In this document: positions 11,709 to 24,634 of the stretch, piece by piece
Numbering within the stretch: the first letter of the stretch is position 1
Layout: each line of letters starts with the position of its first letter
NCBI GenBank assembly: GCA_905178155.1
Contig: CAJINV010000003.1
Coordinates: 8,724,179 to 8,788,178, forward strand
Origin: Amoebophrya sp. A120
Lineage: Eukaryota > Protista > Dinoflagellata
Reading direction: 5' to 3'
DNA length: 64,000 nucleotides
Translations under genes and position numbers: made by a program
Notes under the pieces: generated by a model
The model's input: the letters and a program-made list of their open reading frames with translations, nothing else
What the model was told of the DNA's origin: nothing
The model's database searches: none

Positions 11709-12634
11709 TTTTTCTTGATTTTCTCACGTATCGCTTCGTCTCGATTCTTTGCGTTTTTTTTTCTTATCAAAGCGCAAACCATCTGGCTGCAACCGACATA
11801 GACCTGAAAACGCGCCTGGAAAAGCATAAACGATAACGCGTAAAAATACTGTCACGCGTGCAAATACCACAGAGTGAAAGTTTGTCCATCTTTTTCGAAA
11901 ATTATTTCTTTTTCTTACATGAAAAGCCTTATACTTTTTTCAAACCAGTCCAGACGAAATACAAGCGAAAAATACGAACTACGACTACCTACAACGACAC
12001 TCATGAGTCTGTTTCTTCAATCTTTGCGTCTGCCCCATCGGATGACTGCAATACAACAACGAATAACGATTACTTTCACGATGACATCGAAGGGTATTCC
12101 ACGATTTCACGACAACTACTTCATTGATTCGTCGTCCAAGACGATGAAATACAAGCCAGATCATCTCTACTCGTCAAAGCTGAAAGGTCTGGTCGTTCTC
12201 TATGAAAGGATAAGAATTAGCATTCGACGATGAAATGCAATATTTGCCGAAAACACACGATCAAACAAACACAAAACCTACCATCCACATGCTATACTTG
12301 CTGCAATATTCCAGCAGAGAGCCTACTTTTGAAGATGGGTTCGTGTTGTTTTTCTTTTCGATTTTTTGCTCGAGTGATTGCTTTCTGTCGATACATGAGA
12401 ATGCAGTCGGCGCGGGCGCGTCAGACTCATTTACACGGCAGGAGCGGGAGAACGATCACATCAACTCTCGTGATTATGATTAATCCAATTCATTTCCTCG
12501 TCGTGGTTAGTCCACCAAAGCCGCATTTTCAGATACTACGGCTGGGGAGGGTGTTTGTGCTTGATGACTTTCCCTTTGCCTTTGCAATTCAAACGGAAGC
12601 TGAAGTTGTTGTGTTCAAGCAAATTAGAGTTGCA

Positions 12635-14523
12635 CTAGAGAACGAGAGAGGACAGCAAACCGTGTTGCAATCTCCCATATTTCGCACATAGGGCTGCTGA
12701 CTGTTCCTTTTTCACCGCCGGACTAAATACCTGCCGGACGCGTTCGTACATTTTGTCTCCGGACGTAAGTGCTGCGCTTGCCGTGGGCGCCGCCTGCTGC
12801 GGGAAAAGCTCGTCCGCCCACTGAGCAACATTGCAGCCTGCACTGCGCTGGGCCCGGCACTGCTCTAGAACGACCGCAAACGGCTGCGACGAAACCTCGT
12901 CGCTTTCACCAGCCCCACCCTCAGGACGTGACTCGTTGACGTCCGCCGGACCCAGACGAAGACTTGTATCCGATGCACGTCGCCGTACTATGATAGTACC
13001 GGTCCCCGGTGAACCGTATGGAGAGGACCAAAACTCCGTCACAGTAAATACTAGTAGCTTAGTATCATTTTTGCTCGAGAGCACCCTTATCGTCTGGAGC
13101 AATAACATCAAACTCAAATCTTTACTCCATCTTGAATATCCGGTAAAAATGTAGTTAGACAAACATCACGAGCTCCTGCTGCCGTGGCGTATTTATGGTT
13201 CATTAGCTGCAACGCAAAGGCAAAAGCTTATCTGCTCGCAGCATGACAGAATTGCTTGTTCTGGTACTTCTATACTGCAAAAACACGAGAGTGTGACTAA
13301 CTAGAAAGTAGGACGGAGTTTTTATATATTTTTTCTCCATAAACGACCACCGTTCATGCTCAAGACCCGTAGCTGCCTCTGCCGCTGTTCCCGAAGGCGC
13401 ATCGCAGCTTCTGCCACTTCCTTGTCATCTTTGTTCCCCGACGGGTTCGCAGACAGCTTGACGTATCTCTGCAACACCTGATCCTCCAATCCGGAACTGA
13501 GGGGTTGCAGCAACAAGCGACCTTCCTGTTCTCTCGTCAAACATTCTCGGAGAATGCCTTTGGCCGCCAGCAGCTGGCGCCCCGGCGAAAACTGCTGCAG
13601 CTCCAGCGGAAAAATGCGAATTAACAGCGCGCGTATCTCTTCGGGCGCAACGAGCCCGTCGTCGCGTCGTCGTTGCTCGTCGAGCGAGGGCGCAAAAGAT
13701 GTGGCGTCTGCGCGAGGAGGACCCCCCACGTAGTTCTCTGCGGCAAGCGTAGTAGATGAGGTCGTGCTATTTGCCGAAAGTACGGAACCTCTCCGGTTGT
13801 GGGCCTCTGCGACTCGCAAGCCATGGTTCAGGCGTCCGATGGCGTAACAAAGTTGCCCCGTTGGGTAGGGAGATCGGTCGCTCGTCAAGAAATCAGAAGC
13901 GCTCCTTCCGGCTCCTGCATTCAAATTTGGAGGTACCGAAGTCGGCTATTCCCTGAAAATACCCTATCCCCTCCACCCAATTTGTCATGCTAAACAGACA
14001 CGCAGGCGCAGGACATTTTCACCCTGCCTCCCCCCGAGCAAACGGCCGCAGGTGGCCGGAACGCAGGGAAGGTGTATCAGGTAGGCGCCCGATTTGCATT
14101 TGGCATGCAAAAAAACATCAACATGGACTACTTTCGTCATGCAAAATGACTAGATGAGAATGGATAATTTTCTGGGAATATCAGCGGAGGCTCCAACGGT
14201 GCTGCTTCCGTGCCTGTCGTGTGCACCTGACGCAGAGCTGCGTCCGCTTGTTCCTGTTCCATTCTTAATAGTGTGTGGTCGGCTAGCAGGAGAGCGACCC
14301 AAAACGCCGTCTCTTCCGCAAATGCGTGGCATACGTACCGAAAGGTCGTCTCACGGGCAGCCGAACTGACAAGCTGAAAAGCAGCACTGCTTGCGGCGCG
14401 CTGCTGCGGTCCCTGGGACGAGGACGTCGACGGTGGCGCCACGACGTACTTATTTTGCTGTAGCAGTTGGAAGAAGCGCGCTGGGTGTGCTTCCGGCTTC
14501 TTCTGAAGAACGTTTGTGCTCAT
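12635..14523 (-). CDS. hypothetical protein; three ORF segments joined by two introners
   Basis: ORFs 14137-14658, 13322-13924 and 12635-13162 become one frame after removing elements 13947-14180 and 13137-13341; start and end uncertain. Confidence 0.55.
13137..13341. mobile_element. TIR introner (degenerate)
   Basis: TATCcggtaaaaatgta / TATGgagaaaaaatata; TSD ttgaa/aacga; removal fuses two long ORFs in frame. Confidence 0.6.
13947..14180. mobile_element. TIR introner
   Basis: TATTccctgaaaat / TATTcccagaaaat; TSD tcggc/tcagc (4/5); in-frame restoration. Confidence 0.85.
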
Positions 14524-14676
14524 CGCCGCCCTTGTCTCGGTCTCGAACTCGACTGCGGAGAGGAAGGCTGCTTCTATCAAAGCGAAAAGCGACAACTGTA
14601 TCAGTTCCAGAACAACTACTAGAGCTAGAAGTTGTACCCGTATGCATCGTCTCATCAACTAAAGCTTCATTATCGT

Positions 14677-16796
14677 CTACTTCTGAGCAGCTGTACATGA
14701 AAACTCAAGCGCCTGGCGGGCCCTCTTTATTCCTTTTTCTGGTGCCGCGCCGCAAAGATTCATGATGATAATGGCGTAGAGGTAGACAAGCAGCTGGAAT
14801 TGTAAGAAGCGCGCCCTTATGCTTATGCGAAACTGCGCATAATAGATAGTGAGAGATAAAAGGAAAAAAAAAGTACAAGACTTTTCTTTGTGGTCGTTCA
14901 TACGGAATATTAAAAGGGGGAACTGACTACAGTGACGGGACTCACTTGATGTGTTCGTTTCCGTAGCGTCATACACGATACCATTGCGGGCTATCGTCCT
15001 GAGGTATGTCTCGGAACGTTCCCTCGTCGCGATCTCCCCCACACCAGACTTTGTTCGTCCCTTCATCTTTTCAGCTTTATTTCGTGCGGCCGCACGCAGC
15101 TTTGCAGCCCGACGAGACTTAGCCTTTACCAGCAGGCCAGAGTTATCCCGATCTTGCGTGAGAATCTCGTCTTCCTCCAATTGCTCAGGGCGGCGAAAAG
15201 GTTCACAGTACAAATGCTGCATCAGGAGTGCTGCACCCCGCACGTCCGCGTCCGCGTTCCTTGCAACGGCTGCACTACTTGCGGCGGTTCCACCTCCTGC
15301 GATCGCCGCAGCACCCACGCCAGGTCCAGCTCCGGGCGCAGACGGCGCAGCTGCGCCTGCTGGTAAGGAAGAGGGGCCCAGTCCGGGAAGAAGGTCGACG
15401 ACCGGACCGGCCACACTCTTGTCGCAGAACAAGTCACATACAAGAGCGCCGCCGCGCAGCTTCCCTCCCCGCGGGGCAAACGGGTCCTGTGTCGCCGCAA
15501 CGACGCCGGTATGCGACCCGGGGTTCGCAGGTAGAAGCGCACGAAACTGCGCTTCTGCTTCGACCGGGTTGAAAGCGCTACTCTCGTAGGTCATTAGCTT
15601 CGCTACATCCTCCTGGATCCAGACGCCGGTGACCTGGAAGGCCCGCGTCTCGGTTGCTTCCTGATTCTCCTCCGGGTCTACGTTCCCCGTGAGCGCCACC
15701 TCAAGCAGCCAGTGCGGCAGCGCCTCAGCTTCCACTCCAAGATACTTGCAAAACCCCTGCACGAACTGGAATGCGTTGTTCTTCTTGGTGCTGGGGTGGC
15801 GCAGCCCCGAGTCCACAACCTCCAGTATCTCGTCGACCGTGAGGTTGGTGAAGCCAACGGCCTTCTTCAGCAACAACGTCGTGTACTTGGAGCTCCGCAC
15901 AGGTGGTCCCGTGCCCGGAAGAGGATACTCCACGGCCTTCAGAGCGCCTGCCACTTCATCCTGCCCCGCGGCTTCGAGCCCCGGGCACGATCCTGTGCAA
16001 AAACGCATCTACTAGGTGCTCGTAGCATTCAAGATAGGTGGAATTTGATCTACCCGTGCAAGTATAGCAGAAGTACTAGCAGCCGTTCTAGCCACGCATG
16101 TTGACATTTAGGGGGCTGCTGTGAGTGTACTCGTCTCCGCGGCGGCGGCGAGAAATACATAGCACAGACTCAACATCAACACATCCAATCGACGAAATAC
16201 GCATGGTTTTGTAGCAGTATCTTCGTCACAAATCATTCCCTAACTACACTCCATCAGAATAAAACGCTACCAATTATTAAATTATGCATGGGGACGACAC
16301 GCAAGCGCAAGGGATAAAACAAACGCTTTGATGGGCATGCGAGACACGTGCGATGGGCAGCAGCTGAGGTCGTTTTCACACAGGATAGGCGGGGATCCGT
16401 CGTCATCCATGCCTCCACGCCCTGCCCCACACGGTAGGAAACCTCCATCCCGTACACCTCCAAGGTGACATGGAAAAACACCGGCTCTTCCTCATCGTCT
16501 CCAGGAGACTGCTCTGCTCCGGATTTCTTATTTATCGCTTTGTTTTTTGCCTCGTTCTTCTTGTTGCCAACAGAGAGCTGCTGGAAGCTGTGGAGGTAGT
16601 CCAGTACCGCGTCCTTCACGCGGTCGACATTATCGGTTACATCCTCGCGAATATCATACAAATTCACGGTGCAAAGCTGAGGGTGCCGCGGCTTCTTTCC
16701 TGCTTCCTTCGCCCTCCGCCGCACAAGCGAAATGCTGTCCTGCTGAGGTGTTCCTTGATTGCTGAGTGCATTATTAACACTGCCAGACTCCACCAT
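14677..16796 (-). CDS. PPPDE/DeSI (DUF862)-like protein, probably lacking the catalytic Cys
   Basis: Motifs TVNLYD, FFHVTLEVYGMEVSY, VGFTNLTVDEI and NNAFQFVQGFCKYLGV..LPHWL follow the PPPDE order. One introner (15989-16387) and a likely GT-AG intron (~14691-14945). Confidence 0.6.
15989..16387. mobile_element. TIR introner
   Basis: GATCctgtgcaaaaacg / TATCctgtgtgaaaacg; TSD ggcac/ggcgg; joins the two PPPDE halves in frame. Confidence 0.85.
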
Positions 16797-18123
16797 TGTG
16801 CTCAAATTACCTTGTCAAAAGAGGCAAGAGCCTTTCTTCTGTTTTAGAGGTCGTCGTGGTCTGCGCCAAATAAAGTATAGCCGCGCGGCGTAATGTCTTC
16901 ATGGAACAGCAAGGATGACATAATTGGACAGTGATTTTACATTTTTGCGGCACAGAAATTCGATATCAAACGAAGATTGATGAAACTGGCGTGAGTGGAC
17001 ATCAAACCAAAAGGAAAACCGAAAAGGAAAAACTGTCGAGGACAACTTGGGTTTTTATCAGTAACAGACAGCAGTAACAATACTACAGGGGCGCCGGGTA
17101 CGGCTACGGGTAGGTCGTCAGTCTTGATCTTGTTCACACCCAACTGTAAGACGAATTTTTCATTTATTCTTGTTGTGTCTTCATAATTGTCCAAATTAAT
17201 AGTAATACTAGAACTAGAAGCGACATTACCCACACGAGATCATGCCAAATTTCGAGACGCGCGATGCGCGGGCGCGCATCGCTTGTAAAAACCTCCGGCC
17301 GCTTCAACACTGCAGCGGGTCGTTTTGCGTAAAAACTGGCAAAAAGCCGCCAGGTAACACTCGCGACCTCATTATATACGACCGACGAGGTACTTTATGG
17401 CCTATTAAAACCGACGAAGTACGTTGTGGCGTATTACAACCGACGAGGTCCAACTGTGCTTACAGTAACCAGCAAGAGCAAGAGGGACGACCGAAACTTT
17501 GTGGCGTTCTTGACGCTCAAATTGAAATTACTTACATGACGAAAAGGACGGCATTAGCTGGTAGAAGTTCAGACGCAAACTCCAACAGAACCTTTTTATA
17601 AATCTTTTTACGAAATACCGACGGGCAAGAAATTCTAGGATGAGGCATTTCATTGCTCCTGATGCAGCATGTAGTAGTTCTTGTTTTCAGCGTATCAAAG
17701 ATCAAACTCTTCCTTCTAGAAGAGTGTGACTCCAACAGCAAGACCAAGCCAAGAACAACATCCGCACCCACACGCCACAACGTCGCGAACTATTTACGGA
17801 CTACGAGACCGACGTACCAGGCGCGGTGGAGTAATAGCTAGTACTGCGCGCGCGGACATTTATCTTTTTCTTTTCAAGGTGCTCCTGCTCACTTGTTCTC
17901 GAGCATGAGCCCGAGGGTGCGCTCCGCAGTCTCAAGTTGCTTCCGAGCTACAGGAAAATTTGCGCTCCCGCCTTCGGGTTCGGATTTTCGTTTCAGTGGT
18001 TAGGCCTCAACGCAGACAAAGAAACATCTTCGTGATTTCTAAGTAAGAGGAAAAGCATTGATGTTGTCGTGTCTTGCCCGGTACCCGGTGCCGACGTCTG
18101 TGTCCGTTGATGTGATTATGCCT

Positions 18124-20314
18124 TCACAGCTCCGAGTCCATCGTTCTTGCGTGTCCTCCTGCCTCCATGGTCGAACCAGCGGAGGAAGCTGGCGAGCCGA
18201 GAAACAAATCTGCGAGGCTTTCAACCTGAAAAAGGCTCATCCCGAGCCGCAGCATTATCATCTCCAGAAACAAGACGATGCCGTAAATTCCAAACAGAAT
18301 TCCTGCAGTGGCTTTCCGAGAATACCTGAAGAACATTTGTCAAATAAGTAGGACGAAGAACATTCATTGGCGAGGTGACTACTGCCGTAGTTACCTCTAA
18401 GAATATTTCTCCACTCGATGGAGCTGCGGCTGCGATCTTTGGACGTCGACGTGAGCCTGAGGCTGAGCGCTATATGTAGTCTGCTTATTGGTATTTGTTT
18501 TTGTGCAATAACTAGCAAGCTGCAGTTTGGAAACGATCCCACCACTTTCTGCATCTGCTCGCGCTCGACATCATGATACGGGGCCATCACTACTTCTACT
18601 ACATCTTCATCTTGATGAACTTGATCAAATCATAAAATTTACAATGTTGTACCCGCTCGCGCGAAGCATGCGCGCAGTTCGAAATGGGTTTGCAGTGCCG
18701 AAAAAACCGGGGCGAGAGATAGGCGCAGTACACGCGGTCTCGTCTGATCCGCCATCGAATTGGTCTTCGTTGCGCATCAGCAGCTCCTTCCGCAGAACAG
18801 GGTTGCTCGCAATGGTGTCGTATGCGATGCCGAGACTCTCCTCGAGTTGCCGCACGTTTATCGCGGGAAAGCGAGTGACTTTCGGGATTGCTCCTGCTAA
18901 CCCCAATGAAGTAGATGAGGTCGCTTCCAAACATAAAAAATTGCAACTTTTTCCTTTTGCTTTTTTTCCTGCTGCGATGCCAAAATTATGGCTGTCGCTG
19001 TATCGGCGGAATCGAAAGATAAAGAAATATAAGTACCGTGCTTGTTCTGGAATAATTTCAGCAACTCTTCGCATCGCAACTACGCAACAAGGGATGCCCA
19101 AACCACGACGCTTCTTCTTTCTTTTGGGGCGGGGGGAGGGTTCGCAGTGCTGCTGCTTGGGAAGGTCACTCATTTGCAGCTCGTAATTTTCCCATGTATT
19201 TTACCTTAGCGCATTTGCAGTTAGGTCTAATTTGCTAACGAGTACTACGGTTAACGCAATGAATTGCGTCTGTGATGAAGACGGCCCATCGGTTGATCAT
19301 GAACATGGCCTCCTTGTGTTCGATTTTGACGTGTGGGCAATGGCATCAAAAAATGCATACTTGAAGTTGAACTTGTAGTGCGGAGGCGGAGCAGATTCTC
19401 ATAATAAAAATTAGAAAAACACACTCGCAGGCACGCGCTGCTGGTTAGTTCTTTCTACCCTAAAACCTAGTTTGAGAGTTTTTCACGACAACATCAAACT
19501 CACTACAGATGATGGAGCAGCTAAGCTGCAGTGGCAGCCGTTGCCTTTCAGAAACATCCATAAATAGAAAAATTAAGATCAATGATGTATGACTGCGCCG
19601 ATCTCGATCATAAGAGCGAGAGACGTGGTGACAAGGGCGCTAATTTATGGTAGAAGTTGAAGTTCTTGCAACAGCTTCAAGTTCTACAAAGCGAGCAGCC
19701 CTCAATTGTTTGATTAAAGTAGCCGCAGCAAGGCTTAGGCTTACCAACTTCTTTATCTTTTTATTTTCCATCCGTCAAGGAGTAGAGTACCAAGAGCAAT
19801 AGGCTCAGAGTTCTTTCTGATACCTGCGTCCTCGTTATTCCCTGAAAATTAACCATCCTTATCTAATTTGTCACGCATACCCGACCAGCACTGCACCGCA
19901 TCAAAAACCTTTCACCGCCACCGCAAGCAGCTTCGAACGCAGTAACCAATCTGGAGGGGTCATATAATTCTTTTAATAGTGGATCAAAAGCCGCGGGTCT
20001 TTTTGTAATGCAGCAAGTGGATCATGAGGATGGTCAATTATCAGCGAATACTCGTATCTATGCTTCTTCACAGCATCTTCCTTTTTCTTGTGCAGAAGCT
20101 CGAGTGCTGCGATCAATACTTCTGTTGATGGCCCCTTCGGCTTGGCGCCAGTAGTCGACGCACTTGGCGTTTTATTCGCCTTCGTGGTGCTTTGTGTCGG
20201 CGCACCTGGTCCACCAATCCTCGTGCTGTTGTTAGATGCTGCGGCGCCTCCTAAACTTTGCAGCAGCCTCTCCTTGTGCGCTTGTCTGCGAGTTTCCTCA
20301 AGAGCAGGCGCCAT
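18124..20314 (-). CDS. hypothetical multi-exon protein (model incomplete)
   Basis: First exon MAPALEETRRQ...KKHRYE continues as DA after introner 19836-20050; downstream ORF pieces (18625-18930, 18124-18330 with a hydrophobic helix) are not firmly linked. Confidence 0.35.
19836..20050. mobile_element. TIR introner
   Basis: TATTccctgaaaattaaccatcct / TATTcgctgataattgaccatcct; perfect TSD CTCGT. Confidence 0.92.
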
Positions 20315-21991
20315 ACTGATGGTGATGCTGCTCTTCTTGTTGTCCGATGGGGGATATCTTATTGCAAGAGCTGCTTTAATATTCAGTTTCAACGCTGAGT
20401 TCAACTTACTTCAGACCGCGTCTTTATCATCTCACTTTGAGGTGCGAGTACTTCTTTCTAGTACATGACCACAGCGGCCTCATCAAGCTACTGAGTGCAA
20501 AATACGAAACCTCACGTCGTGTCCCCTAGACGTCGTGACCACGCGTTTGAATCGGCACGACAACCGCAAAGCACACAACTCGAGCAAAGGACCGTGAAAA
20601 ACCAACAGACACGTTGACTATATCACTTTTGACATTACTCATTCACGCGCTAACGAAGAGGAGGAGTTGCTGTGCCTGCATATAAATTTACGCTGGCCAC
20701 CCTTCCGTTTTTATTTTGTTTTTTTTTTTCGGAAAGACAGTTACAACAAAGAAACAACATTCGGAGGACGACGAAGTTGAAGTGACGCTTTCTCTCCGAC
20801 CTGAATTTCTCTTCTGTTACCATTCGATGGTCGCGTACCGGATACAGCTGCGCTTTGCCTTGCTCTCGAAGAAATAGTGCTAAGTAGATGATGTACATGT
20901 AGCCCACTCTTCATTTGCTCGCTATGCTTTGCCATTTTTCCCTCCCCCTCGTGGTACGCTACGCTTGACCCTCGTCGGAGGTGCAAAGCATCGATCTGTA
21001 GAGCACGCAGCCATGACATTGGTGGAAGCCCTCCTGCTACTCCGCGAACACGTCATGCCTTCTAGTACTAAAAAACGTTACCCGCATTGCAGCAGATTCA
21101 TTCTTGTGTCTCTTTTCTAGTTCTACCTTGTACTTCTACGATAAAAATGCTTTTACTACTCTACTTTAACTTTCTCCATTATCTTCTTTTATTTTCGGAG
21201 GAAGCAATGAGAATTTTAAAATTGCTTGATGCGGTGTAGCAGATCTCCTTCGGGGACGTGCGACGCACCAGATCACGGGCACGACGACGTCCTCCTGAGC
21301 CTGCTGCTGTCCTGGTGGTTTCAGAGCCCGGAACAAGCTATATGTGAAAGTAGTCACATTTTGCCGAACAAAGGGATGATGGGCTGATGCAAGAAGAGTC
21401 TTCTTGGATCTTCGAAGATGCATCAACTACTGCTAGAGGGAACTGTGCACTCCGCACCTCGCGGAGCCAGCGCCGCATGCCAACAGAATATCCCCATATC
21501 CGAGAGCGCGGTGGTGAATTTTGGACCTCCGCCACCAAGCGAGTGTCTCGTGAGAAAACAATGGACGGCCACGACGAGCTATTCCTGACCTCCTGCGCTG
21601 CGCTGGAGCCCCGTATTTGTTGCGCCGTTTGTTAGTCTCGCCGCATCTGCCGGTGGAGGGATCTCGCTATCAAACTGAAAGAGTCACGACGGCCAAACAG
21701 GCTACATAGAAGTCAACGTCATACAATAGAATGTAAGGCTCGATGAAGTACATGTACAAGAATGCAACAGCGAAGCAGCGCCGAGAGCGAAAGCACCAGC
21801 TGGTGCCGTTTGCGCTTATTTTTTTCTTTTTCCCTAACACGAGCGGCAGACTGTTTGGCTTTCGGCCCTTCACTTATCAACAACATGCCATCTTCATGTG
21901 TATATTTACTTCGAGTCCAGGTCGAGGACATTTCTGCGCTCTAAAACTTCGAAGAAACCCGCGCAAGTTGTGGCGCTGCGACTCTATTTCT

Positions 21992-22228
21992 TATCAGAGG
22001 GCACAACTCCCCCTCTCCCCCATTTGTCACGCAACGCCCCGAATCCAAGTGCTGCTCTGTGGCACTGTTACAATGACAGATTCCGGAACGAGCAGGACCC
22101 CAAACAGTACTACTTCTAATAAGTAGCGCATGAATTTGTCCCACACAGGCTCCACGTACTCGTGTGCTGGTGTTTGTCTTGCTGTTCATGGGATGAACGG
22201 GGAGGGGGACGAGTTGTGCAGGCTCATA
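21992..22228. mobile_element. TIR element in putative 3' UTR/intergenic DNA
   Basis: TATCagagggcacaactccccctctcccc / TATGagcctgcacaactcgtccccctcccc; TSD tttct/ctttt; starts 12 nt after the stop codon at 22241. Confidence 0.8.
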
Positions 22229-22240
22229 CTTTTCAAACTC

Positions 22241-23185
22241 CTACTTGTTCGGTGACAACCACTGTTGGACGGGAACGCCGTCATCTGGATTTTGCTGCGT
22301 GACAGTGTAGTATGAGACTCTCAACAAGCGCTACGCTCTCACTTTCAGTTGTTCTTGTTACATTCATCATTTGATGTCATGAAATAAAGTAGCCATTGGC
22401 ATCTACACGATGACGATCCCGCTCCTGCTCCATGATCGCATGACAAATTTGTTCAAGTGGTTGTAGTACCAAGCTGCAGGCTGATAATCTGTTCCAATTT
22501 TTTTGTGAGGCAAAAGTTGTCAGCTCCGCCCTTCTTCATTTCGCTTTTATATTCATTGCTGTCCTTGCATCGCAAATTCATGCTGCAACAACTGAGAACG
22601 TTGTAACGTTTGAGAAGTCCATATGTAGTTGGTTCTTCTTCGAAACGCACGATAGAGCTGTCGACAACTGCAACCCAGCAAGAACAACGCCAACAATGAC
22701 ACCACTGCGGCTGAAGCCGTTTTGCGGTCTGGATTTCCAGAGGTTTGGAAGTAACTCGGTAGCCTATGAGAGTGCGCAGCTCTGTTCTGCCCCGTCTGTC
22801 ATGTTACTACATTCCGCGCACGAAAAACTTGCCATTGTCAATGTCATGCGAAACTTAGTTATACAGCTGCAGCTATGTTCATGCTGCTGCTCAAGCCATT
22901 GAAATGAGCGAACGGGGGGCTCATGCGCACTCTCATATAGCCAGGGGCTGCTCTTCCTCTCCTGTTTGCTCGTCTCGCTTACGCTTGCCGTGCCTGAGGA
23001 CGTAGAAGTGCTACCTCCACCGCCGGCAGTAGAAGGAGAGACCGCCGGTGCCGCGGTACTTGCGGCAACTGGTTTCGCCTTCGGTATCAAAGTCAACGGA
23101 GGACCATCAGCTGCACCTCCCGAGTCTACGCTTGGCGGCATCCCAACAAAATCTTCCGCCGGGTCAACAACATCAACACTTCGAC
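22241..23185 (-). CDS. C-terminal S/T/P-rich stalk, transmembrane helix and short tail; probably the end of the aspartic protease
   Basis: After removing two introners: ...KSSPWLPSYFQTSGNPDRKTASAAVVSLLALFLLGCSCRQLYRAFRRRTNYTVTQQNPDDGVPVQQWLSPNK*. The splice to exon 24635 is unresolved. Confidence 0.65.
22311..22623. mobile_element. TIR introner
   Basis: TATGagactctcaa / TATGgacttctcaa; perfect TSD TGTAG. Confidence 0.92.
22765..22937. mobile_element. TIR introner
   Basis: Perfect 14-bp TIR TATGAGAGTGCGCA; perfect TSD TAGCC. Confidence 0.95.
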
Positions 23186-24634
23186 TGCACTTTAATTGAA
23201 TACGGTTATGTAGTGCGGTTCATCTGTTTGCGGAATAGTGCCGTAGTTCCTTTTGTTGGATGTTGAGCTGCGACTGAATTCATCGCATTCGATGACGTGC
23301 TGCAAAAAAACAAAAAAGATATGAATGCCGCAACTGTTTTTATTGCCCAGCACCATGCTCCACGCGATGTTCATCTTTTCGCTACGTTCCTTCCGAGTGT
23401 TAGCCAGAGCAAACACCCAAGCGGACCCTTGCGCCGCGCTTATCAGGGCGGCGGTGTTAAGGAGGGCGTGCCTAGCTTCCGCGCCGGGCAGGAGCGGCCC
23501 GCTCCGTCACCCCCTGGCCCCCAGGACAAAACACCCCAGAACCCCAGCACCACCGGGGGTTGACTAGGGGGAACGAACGGAACCCCGGCAGCCCCAGCCC
23601 AACCAACAACATATTTAGTATTACTACACACATTACATAGGGAGTACGTACATGAGCACGTACATAGATCTTCCAGAGTACAGTGATACGTAGCTCGTAC
23701 TCGAGGAATTGAGGTTGACTCGACTCGAAATTTTGCTAGCCGCGTACTCGGAGGCGATGGAGTTTCCGAATAAACTGCCGCGGGCTTCTGGCCGGACGAC
23801 GGCTTTCCGGCTGGCTGATGCCCCTTGCCTCCAGTAAAATCATCTGCATTTGGTCCCCGAGGACGAGACGCGAACTTCGGACAATGCGCGTCAACGAAAC
23901 CTGGTCAAAGGATATTCGAAACAAATACTATGGCTGCATTTTACAACTTAATCATGTTGAGATGAGTATTCAATCAGAAACGAGTCTTCTAGACGGAGTG
24001 GAACTTTTCAGTTTTCTTCACCGTTTGCCCATATTCTGGGGGCGTTCGCTGAACAAGAACAACTTTCTCATCTTTTTTTACTTTTTTGGGCCTGGCTGTT
24101 TCATTTTAATCGTCCGCACAATTCATTCGTTTTTGCTCGGGACTTTTCGGAGGCAGGGGCAGAGATCACTCTCCTGACCCGGCTGACCTTAGTCTCAGTG
24201 TAGATCAGTGCGGTAACTAACCCCCAGTAGAGGGTGAGGCCAATCGGGCTTCAGGGGCATCGACAAGTGGCGGTGGGGGTGGCGGAGCCTCTTATCTTCT
24301 GAATATCGATTATATTTTCAGGAGATGGTCCGCCCACCATTTCTAACAAGGCGGTGATACATATCTATTCGGTCGCCGCCTTGTTCACCTCACCACGAAT
24401 GATCGCGCCGACTACGCAACAAAGCAAAAGGCATATGAGCAAAGCAATATTAAAATGAATTGAAATCGGTATTTTTTTTTCATTGAAGTCGATCTTGGTC
24501 CTCGTGCCGCTCCTTCTAGAAATGAGCAGCAAGAATCAGAACTGACTTCGAGCGGATCGCTACTTGTACACGTGAAAGTTGTGGTGTGGGCGGAAAAAGA
24601 ATTGTCATGTGGGAACAAGAATCCTATAAAATAC

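Noticed and set aside
22307-22624. U12-type AT-AC intron (predicted ends AT..AC)
   Set aside because: No ATATCCTT donor or TCCTTAAC branch site; the ends simply reflect the TSD sequence.
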